A stretch of 64,000 bases of DNA, taken from assembly GCA_012295275.1 (NCBI GenBank), contig CM022665.1:13888001-13952000 (forward strand). Direction: 5' to 3'. Below are positions 24,261 to 38,300 of this stretch, piece by piece. A model generated the notes under the pieces. The model had not been told where the DNA came from, did no database searches, and worked only from the letters and a program-made list of their open reading frames with translations. The stretch is from Chrysomallon squamiferum (taxonomy: Eukaryota; Animalia; Mollusca). The translations under genes were made by a program, and so were the position numbers. The stretch's first letter is position 1, and each line of letters begins with the position of its first letter.

Positions 24261-26797
24261 AACAGAAATTATAATTTCATACTATAAATAATTTTCGTTT
24301 GATATTTATGATTTTCATTTAGCCAAAAATAATTGGATATTGATATATTAATAACTACTCTTATAAAATACAAATCATTGCTTATTTATTCCGTTTTGGT
24401 AATAAATGCAATAAACATTAATATACCGTAAATACTGAACTAAAGCATCAGAAAAAAAAAAAAAATAATAATAAATAAATGAATAAAAGATCCTTTAACC
24501 ACGGTAGGATTGTGTGTGGGGGGGTAAATTTGACAAAACTGGTGTATGTTTATGAACTATCAGTAGCCAAAGTTCATCCGGTTATCGATAGGTGAGTAGA
24601 ATTACTATTAAGAAACGTATTGTTAAACTATCCTGCCAAATTCGGTAGCTCTGCGTCAAAGAAATAGTAGCTACATTTCACATTTTCATAACAAGCAATC
24701 CTTTAATTGGTGTGAAAAGTATAACCCTCAGCGATAGCTTTTCGTCAGATATTACAAGCCATTTTTCACATGGTATCCCCTCTTTCAGTCTTTATAAGTT
24801 TATTCCAGTGAATGAAGTGAGCAGTATTAGCTTAAAAACACTTTCTCACCGTAGTGGTAATTCTGCCAAATTTGGTAGCTACGCGTCAAATAAATATCAG
24901 TAGTCACAAGCAGAAAATAATATTATTAAAAAAACAGTTACAACAAAACAAACTTTTATATTCAATATTGCATATCCTTACTCATTAGATTTTATATTAT
25001 CCACAATAAGCAACAATGTTACGTGTGAATGTATTTATAACAGTACTGAGTGAAATGAGTAATCTTCATGTTAGCTTTATTCATAGAAAGATAAAATCAA
25101 TATAAAATAAAACTGACAGTTAAAAAAAAAAATAGATAGTTTATAACGAAAAATACGGTAAATAAAGTTAACGGACCCGTGGCAGTGACCGCCAACTTGC
25201 CTGATTTTATTTTTTTTAATGTCAGACGGGGTGTCATTAATCGTTTCCGGTTTAAAGCAGTACCGATTCATAACACCAAATGTGACCGAAGGCGATGTAG
25301 TGTTGTCAACGAAAACGGTTCCAGAATGTATCCCAAAACATGGATGTGACATTTTGTGTGGTGTTAGGTTTAGAACTGTCAGTAAATGGTAAGAGCTAAT
25401 AATGGTTTCTGTAATTCGAAAAAGTGTTAAATTTGATTTTTTGCTCAAGTAAATGTATAGTTGGTAATACAATGAATATAATTTATTTCATCAGATTTCA
25501 TAATTAAGTTACAAGTAATTTAAGCAGCCTAATATTAGTTTTCACTGAGTACACTATAAATAAATACCTGTTGTTATATGCAATCAACTGACGATATTAC
25601 TCGATGTATTGCTGTGTGTTACAGGACATGACCTATGCCTATGTTAGTATAGGTTTTTTTTTTTTTTTTTAAATTATTATTATTATTATTTTTTTTTTTT
25701 TATAGTCTTCAACCAGAATATATGAATCTTGATTATCTAATTATCTTCCTTAATCACTTTTGATGATCTCCGGTTGTTGTGAGCCTATTAGGACTATATT
25801 GTTTATTTGTTTCTACAAATGCAACAATTAACAGTAGAATCTAAGAAATTAAGAATCATAGAATGTGATATGATGTCTACTAAGTAACAACTGCTTGACA
25901 TGGGCTGTTTCTAAGTGGTGTATCTTCTGACATAAGCTATTGGTTACAGAGGACATGTATTAAATTACATTTCAAATTATGTGTTTACAATCAAACCATG
26001 ATGCAAGTTTCTCAGAAATATATAACAGAAAATCAGTTGGTTATTAAGTGATTAAAACTTGTTAATGTCCCATGAGGTTTCAATCATAATCAAGGACATA
26101 TATTAATTACCTATGGCATATTAGTTTGTTAAAGAAATAGAAAGTAAAAAGGTTAAAATACACATCAGCTAAGCTAAAGAGAGGCAAATACTAGGATCCA
26201 AACTGAGAATCTGTCAGTTTTATAACTGATGGATTAAGTACAGCTGTTGATAGGAAAGAGATAACATTTTTATCAACTGCATTGTCATTTCTTAATTTAC
26301 ATTATATGGTAATGTAATGTGTACTAAATGTCACTGCTTATCTGTAAACATTGCTAAATTTGATAACACCAGATACAAGTGTCACCATCAGTTTATTTGA
26401 CAAACTACTGTTGATCTATTTCACATTGTTTTAATACAGTGATATTGAAATTATAATTAATTTTGAAGGTAATGTTTTTAATGTAAAAGTAACAAAAGGT
26501 AAAACAAATTAATAAAATAAAAATTATAATAATTGCTATTGTATACTTATTGATTTAAACAAAAAATTAAAATTAAAGTACTGCAAAAATGTTTAAATCT
26601 AATTGAACAAAATATTTAATATATGTAATAAATAATTTAAGCATTCTTTAAGACATGCTTATTTATCATTTATTAATTTAATTTTCAATTAAAAAATACT
26701 TATTATTATTTTTGACTCAATATTTAATAAAATATTTATGTTCTTATTAATCAGAATCAAAATAGGTGGAATTGTGACCTCAGTATTAAATTACTTT

Positions 26798-29700
26798 ATG
26801 GCGGACCAGAGGTCAACACATGCTAAAGTAGCATTTAGAGTTGAATCTAATGAGGATCTTGAGGACAGTGCAGACAATGAGAGCAAAATTGGAAAGTCAC
26901 AGGATTCAGAATCTGAATCATCCAGTCCATCAACATCTGTTCCTCAAACAAGACGTAAACAATCAACTGAACCATCATATAATAGCCGACGTAGTCGATC
27001 ACTTGAGGAATGTTGCCGCCGTAGAGGTTTTTCAGAGGGGGATAATGGAATATCTCCTGCTGCTAGTTTTGACAAATCAACATTTCAGTGTTTTTCTAAC
27101 CAACAAACAGAGCAGAAGCCGCAGATACGGTAAGAAATATTAAAACATTTTCTTTGTTTATTTTCATGGTGTACAGATGACTTTGTTACAAATTGTATTG
27201 ACAAAAAAAAAGATTAAAAAATCTTGAAGATAAATCAACTGAGTTATTGAAATGTATTCTTTAAATGGTAATTATGATAATTTGATATCTTTGTCTAAAT
27301 GATATGCTGTTGTGGAAAATGTGCTTGAATTACTTTCAGACACATTCATGCACAATATGACAGATTTTTCTTTGTGTATTTACTTTATGAACATATGATT
27401 TGTCTACCACTACATCTCAGAATTTCTGATATTCAGATTCCTGAAATTTTTCTGCCCATTTTGTAATTGTTGGAAGTTGACATATTTTAAGCTGGTTACT
27501 TTACCATACCAGCATTGTAATTAAATACATCTGCATTCTGATTTTTAAGTTGTTACTTGTATATAATAAATTTGAAATACTGTGAAAAAGAAAGTAAGAA
27601 GCAACTAATCCAACAAAAAGTACACAGCCTAGAATATTCATTCCCACATATCTCATTGGTAATTTCACCTTTATTTATCTGTGTCTGGTTTTAAACAAAA
27701 TCTCCTGTACATCTTAATTAAAATTTATGTTATGTTTTATGCATTTATTTGCTTTGCATGATTACAGTTTGTGCATGCAAGTTATCAATCATTCAGACTG
27801 TGAATTATGCAATGCTTACACATTTGTCACTATTTAAACATCAGAAACATAAATTTATACTGTGAGACCTTGATAGTTCAAATAGTATTTTACTTAATAA
27901 ATCATTTGTAACTACAGATTTCTGATTTGTATTAAATAAAAATAAAAATCTTTTATGAAAATCAGTTAATTTAATTGGAATTTGAAAAAATTTCAAATGT
28001 CTAACAATACTACAGTCACTTTAATTAATTTTATATTCAGGCTACTCTGTATTTTGCATACATATACCCAAAGACAATATACTGCATACTATAGCTTTAA
28101 TTATATACAAGTCACATAGTATTAGTGGGAACTTGCTGGATAGATCCTAGTGCAGGAGGCACATGTTTTATCACTTGGAACTATCTCACTATTTGGAGTC
28201 AGAATGCTGTATGTATTATATAAAAAGCAACAACAGTAAATTCTATTTGTGTAAAAATGTAAAACCATGTTTGGTTACCATATAGGTTGAAAATTGACAA
28301 GAAAAAATAGCAGCGAAGTCAGGGTCTTTTAAAGACTTTATCCATTATATGTGATGAAATGTTAACAAGGTTTAATAAATAATAGGCGAAGTGAAAATGT
28401 TATATACTTAGACAATAGGTAGTAAAGCATTTATCTATATTAATCTTATTTTACAGCAAAGAAATTATAGTAACAATGTATGACTTCATCATATATGACA
28501 ATTACCTTTGTATTAATAAACAAAAAACTGGCATGTTTTATGTTTATATATCTAATTATTATGAGATATAAAATTTGTTAGAAACAACAGTTCTTAAGTA
28601 CTACAATGCTTATCACTGTTTTGACACAGAGAGCTATACTTATTTAATACAAATATAAATAAAGGTTGTTATTTTGATCTTTAGAAAAATGTTTTAATGA
28701 AGGGAAACCTTGGAAATAAAAATAATAATAACATTGGTTGTGATAATAAATATGACCATAATACAACAAGCCACAGATATCTGATGGATTCAGATTAATA
28801 ACTGATGCTAGTGAAATTTCAGAAGTAGTCTAAAATGGCTGAATGGAAAAAACTAATTAGTGTGGAGTTTTATTTTCTGAAATTTACATCAGTGACATAT
28901 TGCAATTACAATAGCTTATTTTAAATAGTAACAGCTATTTTAAATGAGATACTCTGCATGGTAGTTGCCTTGTCTTAGATGTGGTTGCTTGCAGGATCAG
29001 TCCCCAGTATTTATAAAAGTTACGTTTTCTTTAATGATAATACCAAAGAAAAAAAAAAGAAGAAGAAGAAGAAAGTAGGAAAATCTACAAGGCATGTGAA
29101 AACATTCTTATAGACTCACAGAGGAAGAATGATATGCCTTAGTCCTGAACTTAAGCACTGGGCCACAGCCAACTCTTTTCCATTTCAAAGATTACATTAT
29201 AACTGATTAATTATTGTATAATTACTTGCATTTAATCATAAATATAAAATTTAATTGTAATAAATGTAAAATTAAAACTATAATGAAATGAAATTCTCAG
29301 CCATTTTTTTTTTTTAATTATTCAAATCCACCTATTTTTTGTTCTTTCAGTCTTTTATACCATTCTTTGTTTAAATGGTGGCAATTATTATAAATATTTA
29401 GTATTATTTCATTGTAAAGTAGTCAAAGATAATCTGAGATGGTGAGTGGTCAAGATTAAGCCTTCTTTTGGTAAAATAATTGAGACAGCATTCTCATGAG
29501 AACAGCATACAATAAAATGACTTTTAAAAAAAAATATATATATATATTTTATTTTATTATTATTTATTTATTTATAAGTTTGTACATATTTATTGCTTAA
29601 GCATTTTTAAGAACTTTGCATGATCTGGATGTCCTTTATTTTATTATTTTATTTATTTTTTATTTTGTTTTGGTATTTGTGTGTGTGTGTGTGTGTTTCC

Positions 29701-32700
29701 AGATGTTCACTGTTGTGTATTAGTGATCAGAATTTATGATAAATTAATTTTTTAAAAACTGTATGAAAAAGCCTTTTCAATTTCAGAAGTCTTTACAGCC
29801 GTGAAAGACGGTAAGATTTGTAACCTTTGCATGGTTATTTGGGAAAATTAGTAACTACAACTATGTAGCTACATCTAAATTTCTGAGATAAATACTAATA
29901 TGTTCATATAATTTTACAGTACAGTTTTTATTTATTTATAATTTTATTTATTTATTTAAAATTTTGTTTACTGATTATTTTATTTATTTTAAACTGAAGT
30001 GACTGAAAATAAAATATATTGTTGTATTGAATAATCTGACCTTAGTTAAATTACAAGTATATGTGACCTGTTGCATGAAAAGGCACATTTGTCCAGCAGT
30101 GCTGTCATTGTTTTTCAAATAGCCAGTTTGAAATCTGATGTGTAGGTTCTATTTTGATAAACTGACATTTAGTCTCTTGATTATTGTTGAAAAATTGTCT
30201 TATAAAAAGAAAGTTTAGAAATTTTGATTACAACTATACTGTTCCAACATAAAATCATTATTAATGGAAATATATTTTTTGTTTTATATCAAACACAAAC
30301 TTTTTTACAGTTTTGCTGTATAAATTATTAAATATTAATAATCATAATCGTAATTGTAAAAAATGTGTCTTTTCATAGCACTGCTTTTTTGTTTTAAATA
30401 AGCAAATTCAATGTTTCATTATTTGATTATTAATTTTTTTTTTTATTGTTCATTTCTAATTTTTATATTTAAAACAAAATTAAATTAAAGAAATTAAAAA
30501 ATACAATACAAAAGTAAAGTAAGAAAATGTGTGTGTGTGTTTGTACATACATCCATCCATCCACCCATCCATTTATAGATATAAACACGCACACACACAG
30601 ACAGAAACACACATATAATTTAAGAAAAATTAATAATGTAAAATAAGCAAACAAATAGATAAACAGTAATATAAGAAAAAAAATGTTTAGTCTGATAGAT
30701 CTGCCTCAAATTGTTCATTTGATTTAATTTGTTTGTGTGTGTATGTGTATTGCTTTTCAGAATTTTGTAGGTTGATGTTTTCAAAATAGCAAAATATAAA
30801 ATTTTTTTAATTCTTATCTGTTGGACTAGCATAAAATCCTTTCTAGTGGTAGACCATCCCAAATTATTGTTAAATAACATTAAATTATCTTTTGTATTTT
30901 GAATATTGAAAGCACAATTAATACTTTACTGAGTTTGAAAACAGAAAGAGTGGGGTTTTTTTTGTTGTTGTTGTTTTTTCTCAGTGTGTCATATATCCAA
31001 ATTAAAACTAGTGGTAATTGTATAATGAACTGGATAAGTAAACGACAGTAAAAGTTCAGAATCAGTTTTAACTATATGGTACTATATTAATATTTTTTGT
31101 ATGTCATTATTTACTGCCATATTTCAGTTAAATAATCATCATTTCTTTGTCTAATTCAGGTACATGTAACAGTTGCATGTATTGTATGTAATCCATAAAC
31201 TGATCAGTGTTGTACATCCTGTATTTTCCCTTCTCCCCTTTTGTGTATCTCTCTTTCTCTCTCTGTCTTTCTCATTCATTTTCTTTATGTATCTTTATAG
31301 AGAACAGTAAGAGAATTTTTTTTACTTAAAATCTCTAAATATCTTTTTGTGTAAATAACACTAATGGTGATCGAAAGTCAGGTTGAATATGATATGTAAT
31401 GTAATTAAATATATCTGATAAGATAAAGAGCAATGAATGAATTTCTTTCAAGGTTCAAGTTCTATTGTTGATGAACAAAAGGCAATTTTTTTCTCAGCTT
31501 AGATTTTAAATGTTAACTGATAAAAATAATAAGTTAATTTCTACTCAATAATAAAAATGACATGAAATTATATACATGTCTCCTTGTATAAATATAAAGA
31601 AGTCACATTTATATATTCAGTTGAACTTTGATAATTTGAACTTGAAAGGATCAGCAAAATTCAGTGCAATTTTGATGGATGAGTACATTTTACATTTGAA
31701 AAAACATACACTCCTATTTATTTTGTAAACTAAGTAAATCACAAAATCATCAAAACACACAACTTAAATGAATTTAACACACAGAGGTAAAGTGTCTTTA
31801 GCTTAGATAATATGAAAGAAGAAACCTCAGGGAGCTGTTCTTATTAAAAAACATTAAGAACTGTTTTATAAGTGCCTTCCCACAAACTAGGCTGCACATA
31901 CAACAGCCTTTGATAATCCATTAGTGGGGCACTTTGTACAATAGTCCATTGAGAAGAAATGATCCTGCATCTAAATTCTAATGCCTGAGCTATACAATCC
32001 TAACAACATAACTATACCCCACCCAACTGAGAATATGTACCAATAACTGGATGGACAAAATAAATGTATCTATTTACTTCTCAATAGTTATTCTTGTTGT
32101 TTCTTTGAATATATTTTTGCTGGCTGAACTGATTGCTGAAATATGTTTTCTGTCCATTTATTCTGTTCCAGTTATTTGACATGATCAAGAATGATAGCTA
32201 GGTAAATGAAAATGTTAGAAAGTACAGATTGAACAAATAAATTTTAGCTGTTTTTATTATTATTATTATTTTATTATTTTATTTTATTTTTTAACATTAT
32301 AACCTGGTGGTATCGTGTCAGTGACAGAAATGTCAATATTTATAAAAAAAAGACAAATCTCACAGATCTTAAAATTATCAAAGTCCTCAGCTTTTGCTAT
32401 TTCAGGATGAAGGTTACTGTTGAAAATCCTGTTGTATTTATAATTCGGAGTCAATATTTTAATCATATTCCAAATTAGAACCTAACTGACATGTACAAAA
32501 AGGTGGAATTTCATTATATAGATATTCCTGTCATAAGTCACTAATTGAAATCATCCATTTGTTTGTGATGGCTATTTTTTAGTGACCATTTTCTGTATTA
32601 ATCAAAGAAGATGTTACTATTGTGTTGTTTTATAGATATTAAGTTAGTTAAAAGATTGTGAAAAGTGGAATTTTACCAAAAACATTCACAAAACAGAGGT

Positions 32701-35278
32701 AACAAAATGCTGTAGTTTTATTTTTGGATGAACAAAACAAGTCTGGCAGTTTTACAGAATTGTTACAGTTTTTTTTATACATGTGTAATAGTTTGGCTTT
32801 TAATGATTGAAATTTAATGGAATTACACTAAAAGCATTCTGTTCTACAAATGTCTAAATACTGCAGTTTGTTTTATAACTGAAATAATAATTTTTGTTTC
32901 TGATTCATAATATTTTGGCTTTAATGACTATCTGCTACATAACTGTAGGATGTCTGACTTTGTATTTTCACTTTTTTTTTATCAGATACAGTGATAATTA
33001 CATAGTTTGTGTTTGTTTGCAGTGCTTTGATTAGTTACAATGTTTTATATTTAAACAATGGTAATACTGATTAATGTAGTGAAATTTCAGTACTGTAGAA
33101 TTTTAATCAGTTCATTTTCTTTTGTAACACTTAAGAATCTTAGAGTAGTTAGAGTTTTTTAGGCATAATGCAGGAATGGCAATCCCTGACTGCACATACC
33201 TAATATGAAATTTTTTAAAAAAAAAAAAAAAAAAAAACAATAAAAAATTTGGCTTTAAACATCTGTTGCCACATTCATGTGTATATAACATTTAAATTTA
33301 AAACAAATCATATGTGTAATAATTAAAATGAAAAAAAAACAAAACAGTATATATAAAATTAAAACTAAAAGAATTTATAAATAATATCTTTTTTCTCATT
33401 TATTCTGTTTGTTTGATATTTACTAATCCAGTCTTGTATGTTGTTTACACCTTTCAACTTGTAGATTTTTTTTTAGTTTCATATTGAAATTAAAATTAAC
33501 ATTTTTATTTTTAGAAGGTTTTGATTAATTCAAGATCTATTTAGTTATTTTCAGTTGCTATTAGTATCTCATTTTTCTGTATGACATATTGCTTTTGATG
33601 TATGCTGTATTTTGTATAATGTATAGTAAGTCATGTTATGCTGTTAATGGTGTAATTGTATAGCATTTCATTTGATTTTAAGCTCAGCTACAAAATGTAA
33701 TTTATTGGGCAAATGATCTTAATTTTGAAACTACCTTCTGTGCATCTAGTGATATACCTGGAAGTATTATGTTTTTTAATTATTATTATTATTATATTCA
33801 GTTATATTCAGCACATAAATATACTTTTTTTAATTTAAAAAAATAAAACAAAAAAAATATCTTAATCTCCAACTGAATATATATATGTATATCATACACT
33901 AAGGATTGATGAATAGTCATTGTTAATCCAAGTTTTAAAAATATTTATAATAATGAATTTATATAAAATAGCAAACCCTTTTATATATTCTTTTTTCTAT
34001 TTGTGCATGGATTGTGGTGCATTTTATACACTGTTTTACAGGTAATAAACTAACATTAACTTTATTTGTTATGCCTGTCTTATGCGTGTTCTGGAAATGA
34101 TTTTAACTCAGAGGACATAATACAAACTGTAATTCATGCATGATCTGTTTAAATTATTTTTCATATTTGTTTAAATTATAGCTATTGATTGAAGTCGTAA
34201 TTTAAAAACTGAATATAATGTATGTATTGTATAAATTATGTATTTAGTGTATTTGGCTTGAGGCATAAAGTTAATAATTCTGTATTATAATTGTGTCAGA
34301 TACCCAAGAAACAGTATTAGCTATGAAACAATATACTTACTATGTAATACTATGTAATCTTTATGTTCAAAGGTATACTATTAATTTTATTTCAAACTTT
34401 CAAGTATAATTAAATGTTCTATAGTTTGTTACCACAAATCATGTATTAATATGTACTGTGATCTGTGATACACAGTGAAACTTTTTATGTCATATTCTGA
34501 GTATTCTGTTTATTTTCTTGATGGTGTAAATTAAAATCTCCATGTCACAGGCACTTGATGTGTTATACATTAAGTATTCTACATCATATGTTTTAGTCAT
34601 GATGTATGCTAATTATGCTATATGTCTTAAAATACAGTACAGTTTTATCTTCTGGATGTACTTTGCAAAATAATAGAAAATGCCTATGGAAGGAATGTTT
34701 CAGAAATTCTATTTGGGGTAGAAAGTGAATTTTCATTACAGCTTAGAAGTCTTTTTTAAAAGAAATAATACCAGATCCTTTTTCTCTTTTTTTTCAGTTC
34801 TCCATATAACAGAAAGAATTGTTACATTACTTTATTAGCTGGTTAAGCTTTCTTAAATTTTCCCATTGGACCTTTACCTTCATTTACTAAACAGTCTATG
34901 AATTCTGTAAATCTGTAAATGGTCTAAACATTCATGTGCTATAAAGGGATCTTATGTCATGTTCTACCTATATCATGTACTAATTACTTATTTTATATAT
35001 GATCACATTTATGTACTAATTATTTACTGCATGTTAAATGTTACTATTGTACTATGAATTAATTAAATGTTTTGTGCTATATGTTCTAGGCATACTATGT
35101 CAGGCATTCTCTTAGATGCAACTACACATAGTGGTCGTCGGTTTAGTACAAAAGATTTCAATGTTGCAACACCAGAAGAGTTTGTGAAATGTTTTGGTGG
35201 AACCAAAGTCATCAATAGGGTTAGTATTTATTTTTTTGTATATTTTTCTTATTCTCATATGTAAAGATAATAATAATT

Positions 35279-35313
<35 letters not shown>

Positions 35314-38300
35314 TTCATTATTAATATTATTTAATAATTACATCTTTTATTGTTGCTAATAAAAAAAATTCAGTAGGTTTGATACTGTTAATTATTAATA
35401 TGAAATGGTTTTTTTTCACATTCAGTAATTGGATACTCTGTACATTATAAAAGTCTGTGTTTTTTTTGTTTTTTTAATATCTGCAGGTACTGATAGCTAA
35501 CAATGGCATTGCTGCAGTCAAATGCATGCGTTCTGTAAGACGATGGGCATATGAAATGTTCAGAAATGAAAGAGCCATACGATTTGTTGTCATGGTTACA
35601 CCTGAGGACTTGAAAGCCAATGCTGGTAAACAATACCATAGCAAAAAAGAAACAATAACGTTATTATCATTATTTATGGCTTTCTTTTTTATATTCTCTT
35701 ATTTTTCTTTTTTTCTTTTCTTTCTTTCTTTTCTGATTAATAATAGTTATTATTTAATTGATATTATTTTGTAAACATTTAAAAAAACTTTTTCTTAGAG
35801 TACATCAAGATGGCTGATCAGTATGTCCCAGTCCCTGGAGGTTCAAATAACAACAACTATGCCAATGTTGAACTAATTCTTGATATTGCTAAAAGAACCC
35901 AAGTTCAAGTAAGTGTTTAAAGAAATAAGAAAGTGAATAATCATTTATTAATATTAATACCATCATTCAAAGAAGTAAAATATTAAATTGTTTTGCAATT
36001 ATAGGTAGCATAGATTTAGCCCAAATGTTTTAAAATATTATTAAAGATTTAACTGCTGTTTTCTGTTTTGTTATTAATGTTTGTTTATTTATTTATTTAT
36101 CTGTTAGGGCAGGCTAGGCAATTACTTCAGAAAACAATTTTTTGTTATGCTGTTTTTTTTTGTTTTTTTTATTATTTGTTGGTTTGTTTCAGGCTGTATG
36201 GGCAGGCTGGGGACATGCTTCTGAAAATCCTAAACTTCCTGAGCTTCTTCATAAAAATGACATCCGTTTTATTGGTAATTACAATCAACTGATATCACTG
36301 TTAAAAAGATGTCTTGTGTATATGTACTAATTATGTCATATAAATAAATAAAAACCAAATATGCAAGAAAATATTTTTGTTCTGTCACTGATAAATTCAG
36401 AGTTGTATTCTGCCAGTCAGTCAAATATTTCTTTTTATGTATCTCTGTAGGAAGTTATATTACAAAAAATACAATATAATGTAAAGATTTAATACTGTAT
36501 TTAAAAAAAGAAAGAAATGAAAGTATTGATTCTAATATAGGGTTGTGTTCAAGCTTTTAATCAAGGACACATGCTTCAAGATGTTTCAACAGAGCCAGAT
36601 CCCCTTTGAACATTCTGATTAAAAAACTACACTGAGAACTGCTGATCACTGATTGATGTTAATGAGATAAATTTGTTATCTGCATTTCTCTTGTGGGAAA
36701 AAAAAATTCAAAAATTCAAAACTCTGAATAAGTACATTATGAATTAAAAATGAATTCAAAAGCAGTTTACTTTTAAATTTTTTTATTTGAAGTAAGTTTT
36801 GCACATTTCTGTTCTAATATTTATTTATTATAATTGTTCTAGGACCACCAGAAAATGCTATGTGGGCTCTTGGTGACAAGATTGCATCATCCATTGTTGC
36901 ACAGACTGTCGGTGTTCCAACAATGCCTTGGAGTGGATCTGGTAAACATTTTTAGATTTAATACATATTATAATGGACCAAGATAAGTAAATGCAATTTT
37001 TACAGTTAAAAAAATGAAGAAAAAAAAAAGTACATACATAAATATTTTTTTTCCTCCAGTAAACCATTATTTATAAAATAAATGTAATATAAACTAAGTG
37101 CAGCTGACTTAACTTTATTATTATTTTTTAGTTATTTTTTTTTTTTCAATTAATAATTTAATTTAGATTCTTTGATCATTGTTAACAGGGAACATTAAGA
37201 TTGTAAAATATCTTAATTAAAGATTAAATAGAGATGTACACAATTGTTATGGTAAGTAATTTAAATGTGATATTTTGTTTATTATTGTACCATTACGATT
37301 GTCCATTTGATCTTAATATTGTTTCTTTAAAAATCAAACTCCATAACACTGGTTTCAGGTGTAAAACTTAAATCATTTGAGTTGGACAGATCAAAGCACA
37401 AAACAATCATTGTGCCACCAGATTTGTATCAAAAATGCTGTACAAATGATGTGGACACTGGTCTGAAGGCTGCTCAAGACATTGGGTATCCTGTGATGAT
37501 TAAAGCATCAGAGGGAGGTGGAGGGAAGGGCATCAGAAAGGCAGAAAACTCTGATGATTTCCCAAATCTCTTCAGACAGGTGATATTATTTAACATTCTA
37601 AGTGGTAAAAATTTTAAAAATTTATAATTTGCTTGCCACAGTTTTCTTTGAGCAGGCTGTTGCTATGTTGTAAAACATTCACTTAAGAAATAATGAGCCA
37701 GAAACAATGATTATGATATCAGCTTCAATCATTTTATTTGCTACTCTTTCTTGATTAGCCATAAGAGATCTTTTATATGTGAAATATCCCACTGCACAAG
37801 GAATAGTTTTTTATTCCTTGCATAAAAGTTCTAACCATCTATTTACAATATGTTCATACCTTAATGATGATCTGTTTTCTTTTTAAACAAATCTTTAAAT
37901 GCTTTTGACTTTGGTAGTAATTGACTCCTCTGCCATACATGATTGACAACTAGTATTGACCAATGACTAATGAACACGTGCACAGCATCTTTTGTCAGCC
38001 ATTACCTTAGACCATAGGTTTTCAACCAGCCTAATTTCTGGGGGTCATGGGATCATTCTTGAGTGAGGGTGTGTTTTAGCTTTTTTCAACTTGACTTGGA
38101 AGGAGGAATAAATAAAAAAGTGGTTTGGAACCTGTCATAGTGAATATAGATTCCTTTTCTACTGTCTTTGATTGATGAAAATATGGTAACCCTAAATCAT
38201 AAATTGTAAAGGGGGTCATCGGTCATATTGAATTGCTCATAAGGGGACGCGGCATGAAAAAGGTTGAAAACCAGGGCTTTAGACAAACAAGTACTTAGAC

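Noticed and set aside
25077-25472. 131-aa minus-strand ORF in the ACC promoter region
   Set aside because: It has a non-ATG start and no recognisable motifs, and is explained by the locally higher GC of a promoter.
31618-31670. Mariner-like terminal sequence CAGTTGAACTTTGATAATTTGAACT
   Set aside because: No matching opposite end or clear target-site duplication was found, so it is too decayed to call.
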